64,000 bases of DNA, taken from NCBI GenBank assembly GCA_009691025.1, contig SHWB01000007.1:28231-92230 (forward strand), written 5' to 3'. Shown piece after piece: positions 32,984-42,233 of the stretch. The position numbers were made by a program, and so were the translations under genes. The first letter of the stretch is position 1. Each line of letters begins with the position of its first letter. The notes below the pieces were generated by a model that saw only the letters and a list, made by a program, of their open reading frames with translations, ran no database searches and had not been told where the DNA came from. The DNA comes from Alphaproteobacteria bacterium (lineage in GTDB: Bacteria; Pseudomonadota; Alphaproteobacteria; UBA6615).

Positions 32984-34213
32984 CTACCCCACCGCCTCCG
33001 GCATCACCGGCGCGATCTCCTTCAGGCGTGGCAGGACCTCCTTGCCGAACAGGCGGATGCTCTTCTCGGACTCGGCATGCGTCATGAAGCCGGTCCGGCC
33101 GACCATGGTGAGGTGGCCGAAGCCGCCGACGGCCTCGTGGAAGCGCTCGACCTGGGCGACGACGCTGTTGGGGTTGCCGGCGAACATGATGCCCTGCGCC
33201 ATCGCCTGCTCGACGGTGATCGAGGTCAGCTTTGCGGCGTTGCGCTCGGCCGAGGCGACGCCCTTCTCGGCGTTGACAAGGCTCGGAGCGTCGGCGGCGC
33301 CATTCGGCCGCGTGCGCCAGCCCGGGCCGGCGATGCGCGGCGGCGCCACGCCGGGCATCAGATGCGCCATCTGCGGCCCTGTCTTGAGGCTGGTGTTGAG
33401 GAACCAGAGCTGCTTCTCGCCGCCCGCCTGCCCCTCCGCGTCGGTGTCGCCGACATGGACGAAGGCGCTGTAGGCAAAATGGTCGCTCGCCACCGGCGGC
33501 ATTCCGGCCTCGGCGCGCGCGGCGCGGTAGGCGGCATAGGCGCGCCGCGTGCCGTCGATGCCGCGCAGCACCAGAGTGTGCACCATGCCGCGCCGTCCGA
33601 CCTCGGCGGCGGTGTGCGGATCGCCCGTCGCCGCCCACATGCGGATGCGCTCCTGCCACGGGCGCGGCCAGATGTTCACATGGCGGTGGGTGAAGTGCTT
33701 GCCCTCCCAGGAGAACGGGCCGTCCTGGTGGGTCAGCGCCTTGCCGATCAGGTCGATCGCCTCCCAGTAGCGCTCGACATTGCCGACCGGGTTGGCGTTG
33801 GCCGAGGCGAATTCGCTGCCGCCAGACTTGACGAAGCCGATCTCCAGCCGGCCGTGCGAGATGACGTCGGCGGTGGCGTATTCCTCGGCCACGCGCACCG
33901 GCTCGCGGCGCAGCGATATGAGCGTGCCGAGGCTGAGGATGCGCGCCTTGCGCGTCTGCCGCGCGAGGATGCCGACCATCATCGGGTTGGAGCCGATCAA
34001 CGAGTTGATGCCGGCATGGTGCTCGGTGACGCCGATGTTCACGCCCAGATCGTCGCACAGCAGATACTCGTCGATCGTCTCGGCGAACAGGTTGGCGGCG
34101 ACACGCGGGTCGCACCAGCGGTTGGGCAGGCTCGCGCGCACCGCTTCGGCGGAATCGAGTACGCCCTTCTCCACATAGGGATACGGCACCTCGCACTGCC
34201 ACCACGCATCCAT
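32984..34213 (-). CDS. LLM-class (luciferase-like) flavin-dependent oxidoreductase
   Basis: 409 aa with LLM blocks (GVTEHH, TIM-barrel pattern). Confidence 0.75.
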   Translation of the reverse strand: MDAWWQCEVPYPYVEKGVLDSAEAVRASLPNRWCDPRVAANLFAETIDEYLLCDDLGVNIGVTEHHAGINSLIGSNPMMVGILARQTRKARILSLGTLISLRREPVRVAEEYATADVISHGRLEIGFVKSGGSEFASANANPVGNVERYWEAIDLIGKALTHQDGPFSWEGKHFTHRHVNIWPRPWQERIRMWAATGDPHTAAEVGRRGMVHTLVLRGIDGTRRAYAAYRAARAEAGMPPVASDHFAYSAFVHVGDTDAEGQAGGEKQLWFLNTSLKTGPQMAHLMPGVAPPRIAGPGWRTRPNGAADAPSLVNAEKGVASAERNAAKLTSITVEQAMAQGIMFAGNPNSVVAQVERFHEAVGGFGHLTMVGRTGFMTHAESEKSIRLFGKEVLPRLKEIAPVMPEAVG

Positions 34214-34243
34214 CGTCGAATCTCCCTGTACAGGCGGGGCAGG

Positions 34244-35038
34244 TCAGCGTGCGAGGAAATCGAGGATCCGGACGGCCAGCGCATCCGGCCGCTCGATCTC
34301 CGGGTGATGCCCGGCGCCCTCGATCAGCTCGAAGCGCGCGCCGGGGATGAGAGCCGCGTAGCCGCGCCCGTAACCGGGCGCGACGATGCGGTCTCTCTCG
34401 CCCCACAGCACCAGCGTCGGCACCGCGATGTGGCCGAGCCAGCGCGCCAGGCGCGGATTGTACATGTAGGGCTCCCATCCATAGAGGCAGAGCGCGTCGC
34501 GGTCGCGCGCATGCCGCGTCAGCGCCTCGTCCGGCAGCGCGTCGAAATCTGGCGCGTTGCGCTCGGGGTCGTGCCAGCTCCGCCGTCGCACCGTGTTGGG
34601 GTGGGTGTTGAAGATGTCGAGGATGTCGGCCGTCTCGCGGTCGCCGAGCTTGATGCCGAGCGCGTCGACGAGCACGAGGCGGTCGAGACGGCGCGAGCAG
34701 GAGACGGCGATCTCGGCGGCGAGCCAGCCGCCGAACGAGGCGCCGACGAGCGTCACCTTGTCGTCCGGCAGCCCGTCGATGAAGGCGCGGTAGAGATGGA
34801 CGAGGTCGTAGACGGTCTCGAAATCGCCGGGCCGCGGCGACCCGCCGAAGCCCGGATGCGACGGCGCCAGCACCGCACCTGCCGTCGCCAGGCGTTCGAG
34901 AAAGCGCGCGTCCGGCGCGAGCGGGTGGAAGCCATGCAGGAACAGGATGGCGCGGCCGCTGCCGCCCCGCACGATTTCGAGGTCGCAATCGCCGACCTTC
35001 GCCCGGTCGACGCGCGGCGACGACACCCCGGCCATCAC
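34244..35038 (-). CDS. Alpha/beta-fold hydrolase
   Basis: LFLHGF, nucleophile elbow GASFGG, C-terminal His region. Confidence 0.8.
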   Translation of the reverse strand: MMAGVSSPRVDRAKVGDCDLEIVRGGSGRAILFLHGFHPLAPDARFLERLATAGAVLAPSHPGFGGSPRPGDFETVYDLVHLYRAFIDGLPDDKVTLVGASFGGWLAAEIAVSCSRRLDRLVLVDALGIKLGDRETADILDIFNTHPNTVRRRSWHDPERNAPDFDALPDEALTRHARDRDALCLYGWEPYMYNPRLARWLGHIAVPTLVLWGERDRIVAPGYGRGYAALIPGARFELIEGAGHHPEIERPDALAVRILDFLAR

Positions 35039-35156
35039 TTCCTCCCTGTCGACCGCCGGACCACCGTTTCAGGGACCGCGACCGGATCGATTATCGCTTG
35101 GCGCCGATTTGGGCATATTCACCGCACCGGGTTCAACCGGGGCGGCTCGCGGACGA

Positions 35157-36920
35157 TCAGGCCAGGATCAGCCCCGCCTCGACGGCACGAATCTGCAAGG
35201 CCAGAACTTTCGAGTATATGCGGCACTGGGCGAAGCTGCCGGCGATGAACCACAGGCCGGGCTGGCCGGTGCGCGTCCACATGGCGGCGAGCTCCTGGCG
35301 CGCCTCGTCGAAGCCCCAGATGGGGCCGACCCGTTCGGCGACCGCCTCGCCGAACAGCTTGCGGACCAGCGCCTCCTGCCCCCTGAAGCCGGTCGCCAAC
35401 ACGATCAGGTCAGCCGGCAGCAGCGTGCCGTCGCGCAGCCGCGCGCCGTCGGCGACGATGCGGTTGATGTCGGCGAACTGGACGAGGCCGACCTTGCCAT
35501 CGACGATCAACTCGGAGCAGCCGACGTTGAAGTAGTAGCCGCCGCCGCGCGTCAGGTACAGGAACTGCCAGCCGGTGCCGTCGGGGCCGAAATCGAGCCG
35601 GAAGCCGGCGCGTTCGAGGCCGTCGAGCAGCTCCCGGTCGATCTCGCGCGCCCGCGCCGTCAGCAGGCGATGCGCCTCGCGCAGAGGCGCCAGCGGCATG
35701 GCGGCGGCGAGCAGGTCGCAATCGGCGAGGTCCGGCCCTTCCTCGTAGAGCGCGTAGGGCAGCTGCGCGCTCGGCTCGATGTTGACCACCATCGTCGGGC
35801 TGCGCTGCGCCATGGTGACGTCGGCGCCGGCCGCGTGCAGGTCCTGCGCGATGTCGTGGCCGCTGGTGCCGGTGCCGATCACCAGAGCGCGCCGTCCGGC
35901 CCAGGCCGTGCCGTCGCGCCACTCGCCCGAGTGCAGCACGGTGCCGGCGAAATCGGCGAGGCCGGCGATCGCCGGGCGGGCGGGAATGCCGCTGACGCCG
36001 GTCGCCATGACGATGTGGCGCGGCCGCACGCGCCGCTCGGTACCGTCGGCCCGCCGCAGCATCGCCGTCCACCGGCCTGCCGCCGCGTCGTAGCCGGCGC
36101 CGGCCAGTCCGGTATCGGTCCAGACGTTCAGCTCCATCGCCTCGGCATAGCCCTCGAACCAGAAGGCCAGCATGTCCTTGGGAATCCAGGTCGGCCAGCC
36201 CGGCGGGAACGGCATGTAGGGCAGGTGGTTGACGTGCACCTGGTTATGCAGCGTCAGCGCGTGGTAGCGGTGGCGCCAGTTGTCGCCGACGCGCGCGTTG
36301 CGCTCGACCGCCAGCGTGTCCACGCCCAGCATCCGCAGCCGCGCGGCGATGGACAGCCCAGCCTGCCCGGCGCCGACGACGAGGACGTCAGGATCGCGGT
36401 CGGCATAGGCCGCTGCCGCCCGACGCCGGTCGAGCCAGTTGGGCCCGCGAAAGTCGCGCGAATACGCCGAGCCGGATGGTCGCGCGCCGCCAACGGCCTC
36501 GGGGAAATCGTCGAGTGCGGCGAGCGCGGTGAGCAGGGTCCACGCCTTCGCCGGCGCCGCGGCGTCGCCGGGCAGGAGCTGGACGACACCTTCGCCCGTG
36601 CCGGTGGCGGTGCGGAAGCGGAAGATCGCCTCGATGGTGTCGGTGCCGGCGCGGCTGACGCGACGGGGCGGGGTGCGGCCGGGCGTCACCTCGAAGGCCC
36701 GGGCGGCGAGCCGGCGGTCATCGGCGAGTGCCGAGGCGATGGCGCCGGCGCCGCTGACCGTCGCTACCCGCCAGCTCAGCGCCAGCAGGTCGCGCCAGTG
36801 CGCATCCGGCACGAACAGCGCGGCGAGGGCGGATCCGCCGCCACCGGCGAGCGCCGCCTCGAAGCCGGCGAGCCAGCGCTCCACGGCCGCAACAGGCGTT
36901 CCGCTTGCCCCGTCCAGCAT
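35157..36920 (-). CDS. Flavin-containing monooxygenase (FMO / Baeyer-Villiger-type, FAD/NAD(P)-binding) with an N-terminal SnoaL/NTF2-like extension
   Basis: GAGQAGL FAD motif, GTGTSGHD NADP motif, ATG(F/Y) block LATGFRG. Confidence 0.7.
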   Translation of the reverse strand: MLDGASGTPVAAVERWLAGFEAALAGGGGSALAALFVPDAHWRDLLALSWRVATVSGAGAIASALADDRRLAARAFEVTPGRTPPRRVSRAGTDTIEAIFRFRTATGTGEGVVQLLPGDAAAPAKAWTLLTALAALDDFPEAVGGARPSGSAYSRDFRGPNWLDRRRAAAAYADRDPDVLVVGAGQAGLSIAARLRMLGVDTLAVERNARVGDNWRHRYHALTLHNQVHVNHLPYMPFPPGWPTWIPKDMLAFWFEGYAEAMELNVWTDTGLAGAGYDAAAGRWTAMLRRADGTERRVRPRHIVMATGVSGIPARPAIAGLADFAGTVLHSGEWRDGTAWAGRRALVIGTGTSGHDIAQDLHAAGADVTMAQRSPTMVVNIEPSAQLPYALYEEGPDLADCDLLAAAMPLAPLREAHRLLTARAREIDRELLDGLERAGFRLDFGPDGTGWQFLYLTRGGGYYFNVGCSELIVDGKVGLVQFADINRIVADGARLRDGTLLPADLIVLATGFRGQEALVRKLFGEAVAERVGPIWGFDEARQELAAMWTRTGQPGLWFIAGSFAQCRIYSKVLALQIRAVEAGLILA

Positions 36921-37238
36921 CGGTGTCTCCTACGGATGTCCCCGGGTGTAGAAGAGGTGAAAATTGCAACCTCTCAATGGGAGGTCAATGGCCGCGATAT
37001 GCCATCGACGTGACATGTTAACCATTCGTTAGGCAGACCGGTGCGACACTGGCCTCGTCGGTGGTCGCCCCCATCGAGCGACGACCGGCCGGCGAGCCTC
37101 CTCCCGGCTCCGACCGTTCCTGCCTCCCCTGTCGTTCGCGAGCCGCTCCGCCCCACCCGGGTCGGGGCGGTTCCGTTTTGCGGCCCTGTTGCGCTGCGGT
37201 AAGGTCCGCGGCCCATTCCATCGCCTGCGAGGCCCGTC

Positions 37239-38542
37239 ATGGTCGACCCGCGGCATTTTCGCTTCCAGACCTTGGCGCTGCATGCCGGCCAGCAGCCGGA
37301 TCCTGTGACGGGTGCGCGCGCCCAGCCGATCTACCAGACCACCTCCTACGTCTTTCCCGATGTTGACCACGCGGCGAGCCTGTTCAATCTCGAACGGCCG
37401 GGCCACATCTACAGCCGCATCTCCAACCCTACTGTCGCCGTGTTCGAGGAACGGGTGGCGGCACTCGAAGGCGGCGTTGGCGCGGTGGCGACGGCGAGCG
37501 GCCACGCGGCGCTCGTGCTCGCCGTCACGACGCTGATGGGCACCGGCGGGCACATCGTGGCCTCGCGTGCCCTCTATGGTGGAAGCCACAATCTGTTCGG
37601 CCACACCCTGCCGCGCTTCGGCATCACGACGACGCTGGTCGATCCGCGCAAGCCGGAGGATTTCGCTGCGGCGATCCAGCCCGAGACGCGGCTGGTCTTC
37701 GCCGAGACCATCGGCAATCCCGGCCTCAAAGTGCTCGACATAGCCGCGGTGGCGAAAGTGGCGCACGGCGCAGGATTGCCGCTGCTGGTCGATGCGACCT
37801 TCACGACGCCGGCGCTGCTGCGCCCGTTCGAGCACGGCGCCGACCTGATCCTGCATTCGGCGACGAAATGGATCGGCGGCCACGGCGTTGCCATCGGCGG
37901 CGTGCTGGTCGATGGCGGCCGCTTCGATTGGGAGGCGTCGGGCAAATTCCCCACGCTGACCGAGCCCTATGCCGGCTATCACGGCCTCGACTTCGCCGAG
38001 GAGTTCGGGCCGGCCGCCTTCGTCATGCGCGCCCGCGCCGAGGGTCTGCGCGATTTCGTCGCCTGCATGGCGCCGCAGACCGCCTTCTATCTGCTGCAGG
38101 GGCTGGAGACGCTGCCGTTGCGCATGGCGCGCCACGTCGCCAATGCGCGCTCCGTGGCGACTTTCCTCGAACGCGCCGAGGAGGTGGCGTGGGTAGCGTG
38201 GCCCGACCTCGAAAGCCACCCGGACCACGCGCTGGCTCAGCGCCTGCTGCCCGACGGGCCGTGCTCTATCGTCACCTTCGGCATCCGGCCGGGCAAGGCC
38301 GGCGCGCGCGCGCCGGCGCGAAGTTCATCGAGGAGCTCGGCCTGTTCTCCCACCTCGCTAATGTCGGCGACGGCAAGTCGCTGGTCATCCACCCGGCGAG
38401 CACGACGCACCAGCAGATGAGCGCCGACGACCTCGCCCGCGCCGGCGTCGGCGAGGAACTGATCCGCCTGTCGATCGGCCTCGAACACGAGGACGATCTG
38501 ATCGACGATCTGCGCCAGGCGCTGCGCGCCTCGCAGCGGTGA
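37239..38542 (+). pseudogene. metY: O-acetylhomoserine aminocarboxypropyltransferase (sulfhydrylase) with a frameshift in a (GC)n run near 38300-38312
   Basis: PLP-enzyme blocks intact through ...[17 protein letters not shown] in frame 0, then continue ...[35 protein letters not shown] in frame 2 (ORF 37868..38542); the shift lies in ggcgcgcgcgcgccggcgcg. Confidence 0.7.
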
Positions 38543-38594
38543 GACGGAATGAAACGGATCGCGCACGGCCAGCGCTTCCCCCACCTCTGCCCAA

Positions 38595-38677
38595 CCCTCT
38601 CCACCCCCCGGGGCGGAGAGGGGACAGCTTGGTCATTGCGACCGCGTGCCCTCTCCGCCCTTGATGGCGGAGAGGGA
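38595..38677. repeat. Two tandem GC-rich hairpins of the CCCTCTCC...GGAGAGGG family (REP/terminator-like)
   Basis: CCCTCTCC-acccccggggc-GGAGAGGG at 38595-38623 and CCCTCTCCGCC-cttgat-GGCGGAGAGGG at 38649-38677, between metY and the hydrolase gene. Confidence 0.5.
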
Positions 38678-38745
38678 CAGGGTGAGGTGGGTGCTGCCGC
38701 CATACCGGTCGCATCGGCTTCGTGCCGGTTCGGGAGAACGTAATC

Positions 38746-39547
38746 ATGCAGATCACGCCCGGCGGGCGCCGCGTCTTCATCCATACCGGAGGAAAGCCCA
38801 TAGATGCCGGCAATCCGGCCCTAGTGCTGGTGCACGGCGCCGGCACCGACCACACTTTCTGGGCGATGCAGGCGCGCTTCTTCGCGCATCACGGCTTCAG
38901 CGTGCTGGTGCCAGATTTGCCAGGCCACGGCCGCTCCGCTGGTCCGGCGGAGACGACCATCCCGGCGCTCGCCGACTGGCTGTGGCGCACCCTCGACGTG
39001 ATCGGCTCGGCGAAGGTGGCGCTGGCCGGCCATTCGATGGGCTCGCTCGTGGCACTCGCCGCGGCGGCCGCCGTGCCGGACCGCGTGACGGCGCTGGTAC
39101 TGGTTGGCAGCGCGCCGAAGATCGCCGTGCACGCCGATCTGATCGCCGCCGCGAAGGTCGACACGCCTCTCGCCATCGAGCTGATCACCGAATGGGGCTT
39201 CGGCCGCGCCGCGCGGCTGGGCGGACACACCGCGCCGGGAATGTGGATGACCGGCGGCGGAAAGCGCCTGATCGCCGCCGCGCCGCCGGGCGCGCTCGCC
39301 GCCGACCTCGTCGCCTGCGATATCTGGGAGGGCGGGCCGGCGGCGGCGGCGAAGATCGCCTGCCCGACGCTGCTGATCGCCGGCGGCGACGACCGCATGA
39401 CGCCCCCGCGCATCGGCGAGACACTGGTGAAATCAATCGCCGGCGCGCTCATGGAAGTGTTTCCCGACACCGGGCACATGATCATGGTCGAGGGGGACCA
39501 ACGAGACCACCGATTCGATCCACCGTTTTCTTGCGAGCGTGCGATGA
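38746..39547 (+). pseudogene. Alpha/beta-fold hydrolase with a probable frameshift in a G5 run (about 39492-39496)
   Basis: GHSMGS nucleophile elbow; the ORF reads through into the thioesterase frame; removing one G restores a plausible C-terminus ...MIMVEGTNETTDSIHRFLASVR ending in TGA overlapping the thioesterase ATG (ATGA). Confidence 0.5.
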
Positions 39548-40251
39548 CCGACGATGCCAAGGCCGAGCGCAATCTGCGCCGCGCCGATTACCGTCACTTC
39601 CTCGCCGTGCCGACGCGCTGGATGGACACCGACGTCTATGGCCACGTCAACAACGTCACCTACTATTCCTACTTCGACACGGTGGTGAACGAGTTCCTCG
39701 TGCGCTTCACCGGGCTCGACTTCCGGGCGAAGGGGCCGGTAGGCATGGTCGGCGAGACCGGCTGCCGCTTCCACAGCGAGATCGCCTTTCCCGATGTGCT
39801 CGAGTCGGGTCTGCGCGTGCGCCGGCTGGGCAAGACCTCGGTGACCTACGAGATCGGCATCTTCAAGGCCGGCCGCCAGGCACCGGCGGCGACCGGCCAT
39901 TTCACCCATGCCTATGTCGTACCCGGCGACATGCGCGCTGTGCCGGTGCCCGAAGCCGCCCGGGCCGTGCCGGAAACGCTAGTGGTTACGGGGTGGCGCC
40001 GCCTTTGCCTCCCCCGCTGCGCGGGGGAAAGATTCATATGCTTCGGCGCAGCGGCACCAGCAGGCCGGCGGCGAAGAGGGTGGCGGCGGCGACGACGATG
40101 GACGGTCCGGTCGGCGTGTCCCAGGCGAAGGAGAAGGCGAGGCCCATCGCCACGGAGAGCGAACCGACGAGCGCCGCGAGGATCGCCATCGCCTCCGGCG
40201 TGGCGGCGAGGCGGCGCGCGGCGGCGGCCGGCACGATCAGAAGTGACGTGA
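39544..40251 (+). CDS. 4HBT/YbgC-like acyl-CoA thioesterase; no stop at the expected C-terminus, the ORF runs about 240 nt into the convergent znuB
   Basis: Hot-dog thioesterase motif WMDTDVYGHVNNVTYYSYFD; the domain ends near ...PVPEAARAV (about 39975) but the frame stays open over Arg-rich antisense of znuB. Confidence 0.5.
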   Translation: MTDDAKAERNLRRADYRHFLAVPTRWMDTDVYGHVNNVTYYSYFDTVVNEFLVRFTGLDFRAKGPVGMVGETGCRFHSEIAFPDVLESGLRVRRLGKTSVTYEIGIFKAGRQAPAATGHFTHAYVVPGDMRAVPVPEAARAVPETLVVTGWRRLCLPRCAGERFICFGAAAPAGRRRRGWRRRRRWTVRSACPRRRRRRGPSPRRANRRAPRGSPSPPAWRRGGARRRPARSEVT

Positions 40252-40825
40252 TCAGCAGGATGCCGACGATCTTCAGCGCCACGGCGATGACCAGCGCTAT
40301 CAGCAGCATGAAGCCCAGCCGCACCAGCGTGGCGTTGACGCCTTCGACGCGCGCCAGCTCCTCGTGCACGGTGATGGCCAGCAGCTTGCGCCACAACAGC
40401 GCCAGCAGCGCCAGCGAGACGGCGCCGCCACCCCAGATCCAGTAAAGGTCCGACGCCGTCACCGCGAGGATGTCGCCGAACAGCAGGGTCATCAGGTCGA
40501 GCCGCAGCGTCGGCATGAAGGCGACGACGACGAGGCCGAGCGACAGCGCGCTGTGGGAGAGGATGCCGAGCAGCGTGTCGCCGGCGAGGTAGCGCTGGTG
40601 CTGCAGCGCCACCAGCACCACGGCGAGGCCGGCGCAGACGGAGATGGTGGTCAGTTCCGGCTCGATGCCGGCGGCGAGCCCTATGGCGATGCCGAGCAGG
40701 GCCGAATGCGACAGAGTGTCGCCGAAATAGGCCAGGCGACGCCACACCACGAAGGCGCCGAGCGGCCCGGCGACGATCGCCACGCCGATGCCGCCGGCCA
40801 GTGCGCGCAGCAAAAAATCATCCAT
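40034..40825 (-). CDS. znuB: Zinc ABC transporter permease
   Basis: ABC-3 family permease, about 263 aa; ATG at 40825. Confidence 0.85.
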   Translation of the reverse strand: MDDFLLRALAGGIGVAIVAGPLGAFVVWRRLAYFGDTLSHSALLGIAIGLAAGIEPELTTISVCAGLAVVLVALQHQRYLAGDTLLGILSHSALSLGLVVVAFMPTLRLDLMTLLFGDILAVTASDLYWIWGGGAVSLALLALLWRKLLAITVHEELARVEGVNATLVRLGFMLLIALVIAVALKIVGILLITSLLIVPAAAARRLAATPEAMAILAALVGSLSVAMGLAFSFAWDTPTGPSIVVAAATLFAAGLLVPLRRSI

Positions 40826-41639
40826 GGCGGACGTGGTCGTGCGGGCCTTGATGGTGGTGGTCGTCGTGCGCGTGGTCGCCGGCATGCGGCAGCACGGCGC
40901 CCGAGGGCGCATGCTCGTGATTGTGCGCGTGGGTGTAGACGGCCAGACCCGCCATATCCTCGACCACAGGGAACAGCGCGCGATAGGCCGGATGCGCGCG
41001 CACGTCGTGCGGCAGGCCGGTGCAGCAGACATGGTGGTTGAGGCACACGACACGATCGGCGGCGCCCATCACCAGATGCAGATCGTGGCTGACCAGAAGC
41101 ACTCCGCAGCCGCGTTGGGTGCGCACCGCCGCGATCAGCCGGTAGAATTCCGCCTGCCCGGTGACGTCGAGGCTTTGCGCCGGCTCGTCGAGCACCAGCA
41201 GGGCCGGTTTGCGCAGCAGCGCGCGGGCCAGCAGCACGCGCTGCATCTCGCCGCCCGACAGGCGCTGCACCGGCCGGCCGAGCAGGGCCACGATGTTGGT
41301 CTCGGCGGCGACGGCGTCTCGGTGTGCGCGCGGCACGCGTCCGCCCAGCGCGAGGAAGCGGCCGGCCGTCAGCGGCATGGTCTCGTCCACGGCAATGCGC
41401 TGCGGCATGTAGCCGACGATGAGCTTCGGGCGCCGCCAGACCTCGCCGGTATCGGGTGCCAGCAGGCCCAGCCCGATGCGCAGCAGCGTCGTTTTGCCGG
41501 CGCCGTTGGGGCCGATGAGGGTGACGATCTCGCCGCGTCCGACGGCAAGGTCGATGCCGTCGAGCGTCGTGCTGTTGCCCTGGCGCAGGCTCACGCCGGT
41601 CAGCGTCAGCAGCGGCTCGGCGGGGGCCGGCGCGTTCAC
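40818..41639 (-). CDS. znuC: Zinc ABC transporter ATP-binding protein
   Basis: Walker A GPNGAGKTT, signature LSGGEMQR, His-rich C-terminus; GTG start overlapping the zur stop. Confidence 0.85.
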   Translation of the reverse strand: MNAPAPAEPLLTLTGVSLRQGNSTTLDGIDLAVGRGEIVTLIGPNGAGKTTLLRIGLGLLAPDTGEVWRRPKLIVGYMPQRIAVDETMPLTAGRFLALGGRVPRAHRDAVAAETNIVALLGRPVQRLSGGEMQRVLLARALLRKPALLVLDEPAQSLDVTGQAEFYRLIAAVRTQRGCGVLLVSHDLHLVMGAADRVVCLNHHVCCTGLPHDVRAHPAYRALFPVVEDMAGLAVYTHAHNHEHAPSGAVLPHAGDHAHDDHHHQGPHDHVRHG

Positions 41640-42145
41640 GCCGGGGCCTCGCCGGCGCGGCAGGAGGGGCACAGGCCCGACGCCTCGACGGTCAGCCGAT
41701 CGACGGCGAAGCCCAGCTGCGCGGCATCGCTCGCCAGCGCCTGCGCGACGGCGCCGTCATGCAGCTCGGCGGCGTTACCGCAGGTGCGGCAAATGAGGAA
41801 TTGTGGCCCGTGCCGGCTCTCCGGGTCGGGGCAGCCGAGATAGGCGTTGAGGCTTTCGAGCCGGTGCACCAGCCGGTGTTCGAGCAGGAATTCCAGCGCG
41901 CGGTAGACGGTGGACGGGGCGACGCGGCCCTCGCTGCTGGCGGCGAGGATGTCGAGGACGGCGTAGGCGCCGATCGGGCGATGGCTGTCCCAGACGATCT
42001 CCAGCACCCGCCGGCGCAGCGGCGTGAGGCGCGCGCCGCGCGCCGCGCATACGGCATCGGCGCGCAGCAGGGCGTTGGCCACGCAATGCTCGTGGTCGTG
42101 CGACCGGTAGGCGGCGGGGGCCTGCGGCGCTTTGCATTTCGTCAT
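41636..42145 (-). CDS. zur: Zinc uptake regulator (Fur family)
   Basis: Fur-family fold with HHDH/CxxC metal sites (HDHEHC, CRTCG, CPSC). Confidence 0.8.
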   Translation of the reverse strand: MTKCKAPQAPAAYRSHDHEHCVANALLRADAVCAARGARLTPLRRRVLEIVWDSHRPIGAYAVLDILAASSEGRVAPSTVYRALEFLLEHRLVHRLESLNAYLGCPDPESRHGPQFLICRTCGNAAELHDGAVAQALASDAAQLGFAVDRLTVEASGLCPSCRAGEAPA

Positions 42146-42182
42146 CGCCCAGCGTTATAGCGTTTCCGGCTGGCCTCGTCTG

Positions 42183-42206
42183 CAATGTTATACTATAACA
42201 AATGCA
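42183..42206. promoter_or_regulatory. Zur box in the divergent zur-znuA promoter region
   Basis: AT-rich palindrome aatGTTATAcTATAACaaat in an otherwise GC-rich intergenic region between zur/znuCB and znuA. Confidence 0.55.
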
Positions 42207-42233
42207 GATATCCCCATGTAGGAGCCCTTGCCG

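Noticed and set aside
37115-37238. SAM riboswitch (SAM-II / SAM-SAH) in the metY leader
   Set aside because: The leader is GC-rich and lacks the AAAGCU / A-rich pseudoknot signature of SAM-II; no convincing riboswitch fold seen
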